DNA from: Camelus dromedarius
Taxonomy: Eukaryota
Direction: 5' to 3'
DNA: 64,000 bases
Assembly: GCF_036321535.1 (NCBI RefSeq)
Contig: NC_087437.1
Location: forward strand, 72,418,001-72,482,000
Shown here: positions 21,401 to 35,074 of the stretch, piece after piece
Layout: the number at the start of each line of letters is the position of its first letter
Numbering within the stretch: position 1 is the first letter of the stretch
Position numbers and translations under genes: made by a program
The notes under the pieces: model-generated
Database searches by the model: none
What the model was told of the DNA's origin: nothing
The model's input: only the letters and a program-made list of their open reading frames with translations

Positions 21401-24400
21401 GGTTAATCTCATTACTGGTGGTTATGGGTTTTGTTTGTCTCAGAGAAGCAGGCTGAGGGGGAAGAATAGCTCATGCTTGTTTTCAGTTTAGGAAGAAAAT
21501 GATTAAGCAGTAGACCTACAATCCATATTCTCTTCCTACTGGTGGATCCCTAAGAAAGAAAGACAGTAGGCAGGATAAAACCCCTGACAGTCACGGCAGA
21601 CAGAGAAGGTGCACTAAAAGGCCTGAAGGGAAACTGGGAGGGTGTGAAGGCACCACAGATGGAGGGAACCAGGGCAGGGGTGAAGCTGCACATTGGAAAG
21701 TGTGACTGGAGAGATTATTTGGTGGTATCACCTTAACCTGAGCATTTCACTGGGATGATACTATATATGAATCAAGCATAGTGCCCTTTGCCCAGTTTTA
21801 GTTGGCCATGCTGCATGGAAACTGTTGGATTTATCTTAGCCCTCCTTCCTGGTAAACATTAAGCAACATAGAATTCCAGGAAGCATTAAGAGATAATGCC
21901 TCTGATAAAGAAAATAATTGAGGTGGGAATTTTGATTTCTATTAGCTCCCTTAACAGCCCTGTCTAACTCTAGTGCATAAGGCAGATGGTTCCTGCAGGT
22001 TAATAGTAGACAGTGAAGTATTTTAAAAACTAGATTGTCTGATAGCTTTAGCAATGTCTGATATAGTAAAGACTACTAGAAAGGCTAAAGCAGACTGGTG
22101 TGTCACTTTGGGACTTAATGATTTCTTTTCAAACTCAATTTCTTTTTTTTTTTAATTCTTATTTTTTATTGAAGTGTAGTTGATTTACAATGTTAGTTTC
22201 AGGTATAGCAAAGCAATTCAGTTACACATATACACACACATGCATATATATATTTTTCAGTTTCTTTTACATTACAGCTCATTAACAAGAAATTGAATAT
22301 AGTTCCCTGTGGTCTATAGTAGGTCCTTGCTGCTCATCCACATCACATATAGTAATGTGTATCCATCAATCCCAAACTCCCAATCTATCCCTCCCTGCCT
22401 TTCCTCCGTGGTAACCACAGTTTGTTTTCTATGTCCATAAGTCTATTTCTCAACCTCAATTTCTGATTCCAGCCAAGCAGTGTGGAATTCTCATGGAATG
22501 AAACCCAGTAGTCATTCAGCGTTTTGGCACAGAGGTATTTAAATTTGTTTACATATTGTCATAATCTAATAAAATGAGATTAGACTTGGTAACCATTAAG
22601 AGCAAGTTAGAGTACCACACTCGATATCATGAGAACTGCCTCCTTAGAGGATGCTCGGGAGGCCCTGCTGGCTGTGGTCACCATTATGGTAAGTAAATGG
22701 CGGCTGATAACTGCAGCCAAAATGTAAGGCCCAGCCCGATCTGGGAACTATGTGGGCTGGAGCAACTTAGAAACATTCCTCCAACTCTGAGAAATAGATT
22801 GTCACTCGGTGATTCCGTCAATAAACAAGAATATCAGAGGCAAGCAGGAATGGCTACTCAGGTTTGGACAAAAATCATATTCCTCTTCTAGAAATTTTGT
22901 TGGACCTAATTCATAAATCACCAAAAGAAATCTGAATTTCAATGAGTTTCTGAGCAGAAATAAGTGTTTAAAATTTTACAAAGGGCTGTATCACAGGTAG
23001 TCTCATTCAACTCTTGGAACCAACTGCTCAGATGATATTAGAAGTATCTACAACCACAACATATGCATGATTGGTGCTTTTGACAAAAATCAAGTACATT
23101 ACTCAGTGGGTACCTCTCAAGTTTTAGACTCAGAAACTGCCCATTTGAAAAATAATCGATAGCTTGTTACTTGACCTTGTTCAAACTGCTCTCAGCATAG
23201 AAAGGCATCAACTAATTTGAGACCAGTAATAAGGATCATGTCATAGGTGATACCAGAGAGACTGTCCAGAAGGAAAAAACAAGTCCAGCAGACTCTTTCA
23301 TAAAGTTGAAGTGGTGTATTCTAGAGCATGCAGAAGGGGGTGTCTGGAGGTGTTCAATACATGTAGGGGCGAGTTGATTTATTGTCTGTAAGAACATTAA
23401 TAGAGGCCTCTGAGGACCTCCCCAGCCCCATTGCTGTCTGAACCTTAGGATTTTCTCTCAGGTGAAGCAAGGCCTGATTAATTGGCAATGTTCACTTTTA
23501 ACTGATTGGCATTCCTGGCTTGAGAGTCATGTTGCTGTGTGGAAATCAAGGCAGAACCCTGAAGAGAATAAGCCTTAAGGAAAGAATGCAACACAAATCT
23601 GCACAATGAACAGAGCTGGGGATTGTCTATTTAACATCAGAAGTGTAGTTAAACTCCAGCCATAGACAGTTGTTTGGATACTTACAAACTCTGTGCCTGC
23701 AGCTAGTAGCCTTGCTACATGGTCAAGGCAAATGAGACCTAGACGACTGAACATAAGGAAAATCCTGTATGAGAAACTCAGTTTTCAAATTCCCTGTAGA
23801 AATTTGGAGGAAAAGTTAAAAGTGAAGTTGCTTGCTCAGAAGGGAATTGGAAGACAAAGGTGGTTGCCTTAATCACATCACTAGTTAGAAGCTACTTTGA
23901 AATGAATGGGCACGAAGGAACGCAGGTCATGCATTGATGCACTTACAGATGCCCTTTGTGTCTGCTCACTGAGGTGGTAAGAAACTTTACCTTGTCTACA
24001 AGAAAGAAATTCTTTGAAATGGCCCAGGTAAGACTGCCCGAGGGCAAGGGCCTGTGCACAGCTGGCAAATGGATTGCATTCTACCATTGCTGGTAGCCCC
24101 AGGGAGCTGTGCGTGGGTTTTAAATGGGATTGAGTCTGCACTATAGTGGGTCTGCTTATCCTGTAACAGAAGCAACTTTGGAGAATATAATTAAAGGTCT
24201 CGAAGAGCAAATTATCTATCAATTTGGCTCAGTTGGATGTAGTTCTTCTGATTAAGGTATGTGTTTGCCTTCTACCAATGTACAGAAATGAACAAAGAAA
24301 AATAATATTTTATGGCTATTCCTGTTCATTCTTAGAACAGTAGTTTTATTGAAAAATTAGAATGGAATTTGAAACCCTTGTTTCTCAAAAGCTGTTGGAA

Positions 24401-24770
24401 ATAAATTTTAAGGGTTGGATTAGTTATTCAAATGATTGACTATGAGGGGGAGTAGAATGAGGACTCTACTGAAACTATTTCTAAGATCTGAAGATGGGAA
24501 TAATGGGTAGGGGGAGAATATAAATTTCGCATCTCACAAAATTCTTCTATTTTGCTTATCTGGGTTCAAAGGTACGTGTGTCCAGGAAAGGTGATATAAA
24601 TGAACAACATTATGCTATTAATTTTGACAGTATGTATTCCCAAAGGTATACTTTTGGGTAGGTCATAACTTCACCCTATATAACAAAATTTGGGCTAACT
24701 GTAAATGTGATTCCATTTCCGAGCAGCGAGGCTAATTTTATATTTCTTTATCTTTTACATACTATGACGT
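21401..24770 (+). mobile_element. Degenerate ERVL internal region (pol: tether, RNase H, integrase)
   Basis: 23141 PFEK*SIACYL; 23297 FIKLKWCILEHA; 23598 SAQ*TEL; 23675 WILTNSVPAASSLATWS; 24033 TARGQGPVHSWQMDCILPL..WVLNGIE/AYPVTEA..IIKGL..QFG..SSD*G. These follow ERV-L Pol motifs in order. Confidence 0.8.
22144..22449 (-). mobile_element. Lineage-specific L1 3' end with 15-bp TSD
   Basis: Poly-T, then ttttattgaagtgtagttgatttacaatgttagtttcagg..aatatagttccctgtg. TSD TCAAACTCAATTTCT 22129-22143 / TCAACCTCAATTTCT 22450-22464. Confidence 0.9.
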
Positions 24771-24784
24771 TGGGAACGTAAGTT

Positions 24785-26350
24785 AAGAGGCTGGTGGCAT
24801 AGGTTGTTCTTGACTCCAATCCCCCTCACAAGAAGACCAGCTAGCAACTATCCATAGACAAGATACTAAGAGAAAATTCCACAACATAGGGGTGAGGCTG
24901 AAGCACCCCCTGAATCACAGAGACCTTGGAGGACCACGTTAGATGGATAAGAGGAGTGGCTACACTCTGACCACGTCTTCCCTCCCTCAGGCTGTCATCG
25001 AGGTACATGGAGAGGGGCCCCCTGGGCCTATGGTTTCTCCAGTAGGAAAAAGAGAGCCCAGGTTTTATAGCTCCCCCTGTCTTATGGGACACTTCCTGGG
25101 ACACCCACTCAGATTTCACCCCACAGAGATCAGTAGAGGAATCAATGGGGCTTACTCACCGGGGATCAGATAGAGATAGAAAAGAAGGATGAGGTTTATA
25201 GCAACCAGTGCTCGGATTTGGGGAAATCACATCCTTACTTGCAGTGATGCTCAAGCAGAGATCCCGGCCAGTGGCTCTGCCCATCTGCAGAGCTGAGCCA
25301 GCAATACTGTCTAGCCAGGGAGCTTGGTAGGCAGTTCTGTCTAATCCAGGTCCCCACCAATAAGCCATATGGGCAATAGAGCTCATTCTATGGCCCTGCC
25401 CAGGCAGGGAAGCCAATTTTCAGCCCTGCCCAACTGCTGACTATAGCCTCTAGTCCCACGTGACCAGGAAGCCTGACTAAAGAATCTGGGCAGCTGCAGA
25501 GCCCATCCTACAGCTGTTCTCAGGCAGGGATCCCAGCCAACACTACTGCCCCGCTGTTAAGGGCAGCCACTGGCTCTGCACAGCCAGGGAGCCTGAACAG
25601 TGACCCATGTATCTAAACTATAAAAGAAACTCATATAACTTAGTAGCAAAAAACAATCAGGGTTTTAAAATGGGCAAAGGACCTGAATAGACATTTTTTT
25701 CCAAAGAAGATAAACAAATGGCCAACTAGTACACAAAAAAGGTGCCCAGTATTACTGATCATCAGAGAAATGCAAATCAAAACCACAAGCAGAATGTCTA
25801 TTATTAGAGAGACAAGAGTAACAGGTGTTGACATGGGAGTGGAGAAAAGGAAACTCTTGTGCACTGTTGGTGGGGACATAAACTGTATACAGCCCCTGTG
25901 GAAAACAGTGTGGGATTTCCTTCAAAAATTAAAAAAATAGAACTAGCATATGATACAGCAATTTTACTTTTGGATATATATCTGAAGGAAATCCAGTCAG
26001 TATCTCAAAGCTCAAATTGCACCATTATTTATAATAGCCAGGACACAAAACAACTTAAGTTTCCACCAATGGATAAATGGTTAAAGATGATATGGTATAC
26101 ATATACAATGGAATATTATTCAGCCATAAAAGAAGGAAATCTTGCCATTTGCAGCAATATGGGTGAAACTCGAGGGCATTATGCTAAGTGAAATAAATCA
26201 GACAAAGAAAGACAAATGCTGTATGATCTCACTTGTGTGTGGCACCTAAAAAACAAACAAACAGAACAAACTCATAGAAACTGAGAGCAGATTGGTAGCT
26301 GCCAGGGCCAAGGGTGTGGGGTTGGGGAATGGTTGAAGGTAGTCAAAGGG
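24785..26350 (+). mobile_element. Internally deleted L1 (5'UTR joined to ORF2 end and 3'UTR; L1MA-like)
   Basis: GC-richer L1 5'UTR-like sequence 24785-25605 switches abruptly to A-rich ORF2 C-terminal sequence (aaatgggcaaaggacctgaatagacattt..) and 3'UTR. Confidence 0.75.
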
Positions 26351-26429
26351 TTTAAATACCAGGAATGAGTGCTATCATGCTATTTCCATTGGAGTATTTC
26401 AGAGTAATAAAATAATACTCTTAGCTATG

Positions 26430-26660
26430 TCTCTCAGAGTACTGGCTGGTGTTGGGAGGAGTCAATGCATAGATTCCTTTTACTAAAAAAGTAAAGTTTT
26501 CCCAGAAGCCACTCAGAATTCTTCATAGCTGGTGCCACAAATAAGCACTGTGTCTGTTCCTAGGTGCAAGAGAGTTGTGGGAACTCAATTGCCTGTTTAG
26601 TTGGGAGTGTTGAGGAAAAAGGGAGTTGAAAACGGCTGTAGGTTTACCTCATTAACAGCA
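26430..26660. mobile_element. Old MLT1 (MLT1K/J-like) fragment
   Basis: ttttcccagaagcc..cctaggtgcaagagag.. motifs. Highly diverged. Confidence 0.4.
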
Positions 26661-27554
26661 TCTTCCATGGCGGGTGAGGAGGGTGGTGATTAGATTTATA
26701 TTTTTGAATGTCATTGTATCTGTAGAGTAGAATTTGGTCAAAAAAGGTTAGGAAGAGGGAGAAATGACTTCCAGGTTCTGACCAGGGTGAGTGTTGATGC
26801 TAATGGGAGAGGAGGATGTCAAGGATGGAGATGATTCATTTGGTTATTTGTGTCTATCTGATTTCACTTATTTTTCATCATCTATTTTTTGTGCCTCTTT
26901 TTATTTTTGGACCATATTGTCCTAAACGAAAGTAAAAATGGGTCTGAAATGTTATGATCACTGTGACATTTATTTAATCTTAAATCTTTTGACAGTTGGG
27001 TCATCATGGAAATCTATGTGCAGATCTTAGAGTTACAAGACTCATGGTTACTTATACAGTTCCTGTTTTGAGCCTCCAACTTGCTACATTCCAGAAGAAC
27101 CTCGTAAGGGCCACATGAGATAATTATGAAAAAAATCCTTTGTAAACTGTAAAATGTCATGCATATGCACAGTATTATAAGAACTCGTTTTGGACAGATT
27201 CATATCTAATGGGAATACAATCTCTGATTCTCATATTTATGAAAATAGAAATGAATTTTTACTCCATTCAACAGACAGCATTATATACAAACACTTGTAA
27301 TTCTTGACCTCTTTTCCTCACTCATACCTTCCTACGAGAAGAAGGGTGGTGTATCTACCTGGTGAATTTGTGAGAAGGAATTGGATTTCTGGGTTGGCTC
27401 TCACTTTGGATCTGCCTGGCTGCAAACAGGCTCGTTCTAATCTGCTTTCATACTCCTGGTGGTGGGGCAGGCCTGGACTCTATGAGGGAGGTTGACAATG
27501 TTTATGTCTGCAATAGATTTTTTCATCTCTCTTAAGGATACTAATTATGCTTCC

Positions 27555-27671
<117 letters not shown>

Positions 27672-28373
27672 GCTCTATTTAGCTTGCTCTATTATCTCTG
27701 TTTCTCCATCGTAAGTTCTTCCATTCATTGAGTTCTTCCATTCATTCATCTCTCTCTCTCTCTTATGTTTCGGCTTCCTCAAATATCTTATTATTCCAGA
27801 TTGTTTACTCTTCTTTATAGTGGAATTTTATTTTTGGTTATCTGACTGTCAGTGTTCGTGCAGCCTGCCAGGACACCATTTCACTGGAAGTGATGAGGAA
27901 AGCATGGCATGACAGGACGGCCCCTGGGTGCCTGTTCTTCCTGAGTGTGGGTGCTCACCCTTCCTCCCAGGTATCACAGTCCCATGCACATTTCCCTTGT
28001 CCATGCTCTCTATTGAATCGTTCTCCTACCTCCCTGTTGCAAGCAACCACTCCCATCATGTGATGAGTCAGCAGGGCAGGGTGGGTCAGCTCGGCTGCTC
28101 CTCCCAGCCACCATGTTTATTGCCTCTGACACCCATCATTCTCCAGGTATGGAGTTTCTTGGTACCAAATTCCATCTGTTCAATTGTTTAATTAAGCATA
28201 GTTAATTGTGGCTTCTAATCAGTTCAATCTATATACCTTTTGTCTTTTAGAGATTCCTCTCATTTCTGGTTCCCATACAGATGGTGCCTTTTTCTTCTTT
28301 TCAAGTGCAATGATGGTTTTGCTCACACATTTATACACATACTCTATGGGGCTTGTGTGTGTGTGTGTGTATT

Positions 28374-28860
28374 TGTATGTTTCCCATTGCTGCTGTAACA
28401 AATGACCACAAATCTGGTGGCTTAAAACAATAGAAATTTATACTTTCACAGTTCTGGAGTTCAAAGGTCTGAAATTGACTTTAGTGGGTTAATATCAAGG
28501 TGACAGAAAAGCTGTGCTCCCCCCTCCACCGAAGCCCTGGGGGCTACTTGGGTCTTGCCTCTTCTGGATTCTTTTGGCTCCCTGCAACCCTTGGCTTGGG
28601 GCTGTATCACTTCAGTCTCTGCCTCCATGGTCCACATTGCCTCTTCCCCTTCCATCTGTGTCAAATCTACTTTTGCCTCCCTCTTATACAGACATATGGG
28701 ATTGCATTTAGGGTCTACCTGGATAACACAGACTAATATCCCCATCTCAAGATCCTTAATCACATGGACAAAGATTATTTTTCCAAATAAATAAAGTAAT
28801 ATTTACAGGTTCTAGGAATTAGTACCTGATATCTTTGGGGGCCATTTTTAGACTACCACT
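28374..28860 (-). mobile_element. MLT1D-like MaLR LTR
   Basis: tgtatgtttcccattgctgctgtaacaaatgaccacaaa..ggcttaaaacaa.. through ctttgggggccatttttagactaccac. Confidence 0.85.
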
Positions 28861-28883
28861 ATACACATGTGCCCCCACCCCCA

Positions 28884-28990
28884 TAGAGAGATATATACAT
28901 ACACACACACACACACACACCCAGAAGGATAAAGTGTATATATGTGTGTAGGTATATATTCTATGGCTTATGTAGATATAGACATATGCT
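28884..28990. repeat. Compound (TA)/(AC)10 microsatellite
   Basis: (AC)10 at 28901-28920 within TA/TG-rich low-complexity sequence. Confidence 0.85.
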
Positions 28991-31068
28991 TCCATTTGTC
29001 TGAACATTAAGAAAACATTTTTCCAGAGTCTATAGTTTTTGTCCTAGAAGTATCCAACTTATCCATATTAAATAACAAGGCTTTGAAAATGCTCACATCA
29101 ACTGACACTACTTGAAAAGTGTAATAATATTGATATATCCAGGCCATGTTTCTTTTCAATTACATTAGAAATAATGCACGTTGTGAGCGTTCAGAATTCT
29201 AAGAATCCCCAACAGCAGCTTAATACACAATAAACCATGACAAGGAGTGGAAAGAGTAGCGCATTCTTTTGGCAAGGGGAAAAGAACGAAGGGGAAAAAC
29301 AATTTATCTTAAAAAGAGCAGGGACTCAAAGCACACATGAAAGCTTTGCTGCTTAGCATGGATCTTTGGCAAAACCCTGAAATAATTTTTTTAACAGATG
29401 GTTTGTTTTGCATTTAGAAACAAAGTGGTGATCAACCAGTCTGCACATAGTATATACATGCATGTGTACATATGTACACATATACACACACATATGTGCA
29501 TTAAAAAAATAGTCTTTTTAAATAAGTGGTTGGTCTGCACACCCAATTGAGAGCAACTGAAGAACAAGTGGCTGGTGAAGTTTAGGCCTTCATTGTAGAG
29601 GAAGAGGCTGAGAAAGTGTTTTGTTTTGCTATACAACACAAGATTGCCAAGAATGAAGCATGCCCTGTTCTTTGTTTTTGTCATGGTACTTAGCACAGGT
29701 TCTGTCAACTGAACAAATTCAACAAACATTTCTTGGAGAAATAAAGCTAGTGAATACACAGATCTCCAAGGATATTTATGGCTCACGTCCTTTGGGGCAG
29801 GAACCACATATCTTTTATCTCAGTATTTCTAGTGTCTTTCACAGTGGCCTTTCAAAAGGTGGTTGTAGATTTGGATTAAATGTAATTGAGTGGGTCAGTT
29901 ATTCTTCATCATGGGACATCAGGCCATTTACAAGACAGACGGTCTCATGGCTGCTTCCAGGTTGAACCCAAGTAATTTTCTCCATACTGTCTGTGTGTCT
30001 ATCTTTTGTTCTCCCCACGCAAAGGCCACACTAAAAATGCATGGAAACCAATAATCTGTAGTGTGTAGTGGTTCTCCTTGGATCGTTGCAACAACCATGT
30101 AAACAAGAATCCTGATCTCCATCTTGCAGTTGAGAAAACTGAGCCTTAGAGGGGACTGGTGTAAGAGTATATTCTGGAAAGCAACAGGTGGGCACTAGTC
30201 TTTGGTGACAAAATCAAATGTACCATCTTCTCTAAGAAGCTATAGACATTCTTAGTCCTTAAAACACCAATCTAGAGCAGATAATCAGCAGAAGTTTATT
30301 AAAAAGTTAAAAGCCAAACTTCCTCAATTTTAAAATGAAAGTCAGAGAAAAAAAGAGAAATAAGAAAATGAAAGTGAACAAAATAAAGTATGATACACAG
30401 AGGCAATTTTAAATTTATTTTATTTTATTTTTTATGTACATATCTGATTATTTGTACTTCCTGGTCAAATCTCTTCAAAATGTTCCTTTGTTGTTGAACG
30501 GAAATTTTTTTTTTTTAGTTTGAAATTTCCTGTGGAAAATAGTTTGGTTATTTGTATATTAACTCAATTATGTCCTTGACTACTAGTCACAGATGTCAAG
30601 GGAAAATATTACTAAAGATACTTCTCAGTTCAATTGAGTTTCCGTGGCCGTTCTGTTGTATCAGCCAGTATTTTCACTCTTTTAGAAATGGGATACTAGG
30701 TATGTTGGAGCCACTCCTACTCTTAGCACTTTATCAGGAGTTGAGGGGCTCTTAAAGAGTTCGAACCAAACATCAGAGTAATTCCTATCACCTATGTTTA
30801 AATATTCAAAAATGTGTGTGATCGTCCTATGACCAAGTCCACTCTAAACGTACTCTGGCTTTACCTGAGTTGAATGGCTTATTTTCACCTACTAAATTAC
30901 AAATAACATTTACTAATACTGTCTGTCTTTAGTTTGTAGTTTTATTAACTAATTCAGCAAAAATCAAGTGTTCATTGTGTAGAGATCCTATGCTTGAAAC
31001 GGGGACACAGAAGCAAACAAGATGGAAGCAATTCCCTTAAGGATTTTGTCATCTACATGGGACAAGAT

Positions 31069-31250
31069 TAGGGCTGTCTAGTTAGCGAATGAGCATGCAG
31101 AACACCCAGTTAAATTTGAATTTCAGATAAATAAATACATTTTTAGTATAAGTATGTTCTTGTAGTATTTAGTACATACTAAAACCTTTTCTGTTGTTGA
31201 TCTGAAATTCAAATTTAACTGATAGTCCTGTATTTTATTTGGCAATCATA
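31069..31250. mobile_element. MER53-like palindromic hAT MITE
   Basis: Perfect 22-bp inverted repeat CAGTTAAATTTGAATTTCAGAT 31107-31128 / 31200-31221, degenerate TAGGG..GGCAA..TA termini, central TTTTTAGTATAAGTATG. Confidence 0.9.
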
Positions 31251-32399
31251 GAAGAGAGATCAGGAAAAAGGTAGTTATGATACACAACAGTATGTGCTAG
31301 AACAGTGCTAAGTCTGGAGATTGGTAGAAATGTGTAGCTTCCTATTAATTAGGGATCATATTTTTAGGTTTTCCATAGATGCTGAGAGAAAAAGTGACCC
31401 TTTTTCAAGTTTGACCAGGTCAGTAAATGAATGTCCCAGCAGAAGAGTAGACTCTTAGGCAAAAATGATGCATTTATAACACAAATATGCGGGGAAAATT
31501 ATTCAGTCATACTGAAATTACAGTGAAAAACCATGCAAACCTGCAAACCAGATTTACAACCATATGAGAAGTGATTCTTGAGCCAGTTACAAGTGTCCCC
31601 TTAATGTGCTTTTACGTGGCAATTATGGAAGACAAGCACACTGTTTTCCAGAGGGAACAAACTGCTGCAGCAGAAATACTGGCCCTTGACCTTTAAGGGC
31701 TTGTATCCAGAGAAAGAATGTTAAAGTTGGAAGACCAACTGGATTTATCTCGTCCATGCATCTCACACTACAGGCAAGAGAGTCAAGGCCAGCTGGAGTT
31801 AAGAGGCACGGTGGCCGTCGCAGAAATAGGTACTTCTGTGTCATTTACTATGGTACTTTTTCCCCTGCAGCAAATAGTTCATTAATGTGAGTAAGGATCA
31901 CAAAGAGACTCTGAATGACTTTTGCAGAGTTGTGGAAGGAAAGAAATGAGAAAATGCAGAGAAAGCGAAGGATGAAAAGCTGACTCTAGGAAAATAAATT
32001 CATTCTTTTTTTCAAATTAATGAACATTTTAAAAGATTATAATTGTGTAGTAGCTCCCCTTACACTATTACTTGTCTTTTTTTTTTTAAAGAAGCTTAAA
32101 ATTATGAGGTTTAGTGAAAAAAATAAACTTAACTTTTTCTATACAGAATTGGTCCTAAGACCAACTTAAGAGCATCTGAAAATATTTTTTTAAAAAGAGT
32201 TAAAATGTTATTGATATTTTAGTCTAATATAAAAAATTATGAATTACTGTCATTGACCCCATGGAAATCTTGTATGGCTTACTTCTGTATTTAATTTTAT
32301 TTATTTGTTTCCTTCAGCTGTAGCTGCGTTATATTCTGAACTCCAGCACTACCTTGACTTAGAAGTGCTTCAAGAATCCTAGGGAGACATGAGAAATCT

Positions 32400-33660
32400 G
32401 CTGCTCTCTGATTCTTATTCATTGATAGGTAGTTTGGTTTCATTTTTCTCCCTTCTCTCGCTAACGTTCTGAACTTCTTTGAGAATACGTGTGGGGTTTT
32501 TAATCCATTTATTTTCCTTAGCGTTCAGTGGTTCCTTTCAATGTCGCTCTTCATGTGAGGGAAATTATCTTCTACATTTCTTTTTGATGATTTCCTCTTT
32601 TGATAATTTCTTTCTGTTAAGTCATCATTTTTAAAACTCCTTTAGTCTGTTGTTGGACTTCCTGAATTGATTCATAATTTTTTTTTATGTTTCCCTCAGA
32701 TTTTCCATTTTATTTTTCTTCTTTTCAGCAATTCTAGGTTTTGTTTTTCTACCTTTTCATTGATTCTTTGTTTTGTTGGCCGATCACACTTTTAATTTCC
32801 CAGAGGTCTTTCAGGATAACTGGCTTTTCTTTTTTCATGGTCTTCACGCTCGTTTTAGGTAAATAATAATCTCTCAGAATTTGCTAACTAGAATTTTGTC
32901 TGTTTTTGTTTCTTTTGTTTCCTAAATCACTCCTCTTTCTTCTAAGTTAAATGGTTAGAGTTTTACTTTTGTTTTTAACTTGATCTATCTTTCTTGTTCC
33001 AAACTTCCTGAAATAGCTGGAGGTGGTTCATGACTCTTGGCCGCCCTGGGAATGTAGGCGGAGCTTAGTAACTCACAGTCTTGTTGTGGAAACGAGAGCG
33101 GACTGATGATGTTTCCAGACCCCCTTTGCCCACACGGAGAGGTCTTTCTCTGGAGGAAATGATGTCCAAATACTCTGCCTTAAGTAATCTCAGATAATTT
33201 TTAAAATTTCCTTGTGGAAAGATTCTGTGTTTTGTTTTTGGTTTTGTTTTTTCTTTCACCTGGGGTGCAAATAACTGGCTGCCCACGTGTCTGCATGTGG
33301 TTTGGAAAATTAGAGAACATAGTCAGGTACTTAGCCTGAACTTATGAGTATCAGTTAGACGACTTGTGGGTCTAAATCACAAAGTTGCCCAGAGTTCTGC
33401 CTCAGGATTTATTGCCTTCCTGACTTCTGGAGCCATATCTGTTCTAGGACACCCTTTCTCCATCCTGCTTCATCATTTGCTCCTATGTTCACTGGCCATC
33501 TTTCATAATTTTGTTAAAACTCCCTGGTTTTTAACATGTGCTCACCTTTTCTCCTTTTTTATTGCTTACTTGCATTTTGAGCTATTTTATTATCATTTCA
33601 GTGGGATTCTCAGGGGGTAGGAGAGATAAGCACGTGTGATAAGTCTTTCGTCTTGATGTC
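32400..33660 (-). mobile_element. Old L1 (L1ME-like) ORF1/5' fragments
   Basis: T-rich antisense L1 motifs (gggaaattatcttct..; tgttggacttcctgaattg). Boundaries approximate. Confidence 0.5.
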
Positions 33661-34719
33661 CAAGTCCATAATTAAATTTCCCTGAGTCCATAATATTTGG
33701 AAAATGTCAATACAACAGTATTTGATACTACAGAAATCTATTGGTGATTTTAAAAGATGGGCAAAGTGTCATGTTTGGAGACACCTGCTTAATATAAAAT
33801 ATTTTTAAAGCATGACTTTATTACCAATATATAAATAGTTCACTAAATATGTGATATATCAATTTAAAGAAAGATTTTTCTATAGTGTTTGACATTGTGA
33901 ATTTGTAAGTTGGTTCCCCTCCCCAGCTGTCATCAGAGAATCACCTTTTTTCATCTATCTTTGCTGTGCTTAGCTATTATGTAGGAAGTTACTTTCCTGT
34001 GATGGTACCCTCTAAATCCACTTCCAGGGAAGATATCCCAGGCCAGGAAGTCTTACAGACCAGATTGAAATGCTGGAATTACATGGTTTATAAAATCAAA
34101 TTTGAAACAGAGCAAGGAGTAAGAGGTGGGTCAAGTTAATGTACTTATTCTAGAAAAGCCCAAAAGAGTAGCTACAAAAAGAAAAGTAGGTTCCTTTCAG
34201 ACCATTTAAGGTAACAGAAAATAATCCTATGTAGCATAGTAAAGCATCAGTTAACACCATATTACAGCTTAAGCCAATCACTAATACTCCTAATGGTGAT
34301 CATAAATTAATTAAAATGTATAATTGTGTTCTGTAGGCTGAGAAGAGGGCAAAATAAGTTTGTGATTCATTTTAGAAAGATTTCTGTGTAGAATAGATGA
34401 ACAAGATTATACTGTATAGCACAGGGAAATATATACAAGATCACAGACTTGAATGTATTTTTTAACTTTGACACTCACTGTGTAACCATGCATAATTTAA
34501 ATCGTATCTATGAAATCTCATGTCATAAAGTATCAGACAGTAAGGATAATTACATAGATCTGATATAGTTATCATGACAATTTGATTAAATAATTCATGC
34601 AAGATGTTAGCACAATATGAGTTGCTATTAATATTGTAACAATTTTTCTTGAATTTTTGTGAATTTTTTCTATCTGTAATTTTAATAATTACAAAATATT
34701 TTGTCATGTATCCTAATTT

Positions 34720-35070
34720 AAACTATCAAATCAATCTCAGTCAAGTACTGGCAGAGTTAATTGTTTGATTTTTGCAGAAATTGACAAGCTGAATCTAAAA
34801 TACATACGAAAATTTAAAGGCTCAGGAACAGCGGAGGCAATCTTGAAGAACAAAAAAGCTAGAACCAAACAGCTCTTGGGATCTGTTAAAAACCGTAGTT
34901 AATTAATTATATCTTAGCTTATATAATTAATTATATACTTTCAATATAATATGATACAATTATATCATGTAATTAATTATAGTAATTAAGACATTGTGGT
35001 CTTGGCCCAAATGTAAATGACTGATGGCACACAATAAAGTCCACCTGAAACAGACTCACTTGATTTATGA
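34720..35070 (+). mobile_element. Old L1 ORF2 fragment
   Basis: gcagaaattgacaagctgaatctaaaat..gcaatcttgaagaac..gtaattaagacattgtggtcttggc. Confidence 0.7.
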
Positions 35071-35074
35071 ATTA

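Noticed and set aside
34895..34990. AT-rich quasi-palindromic TAATTA repeats
   Set aside because: Low-complexity expansion inside an old L1 fragment.
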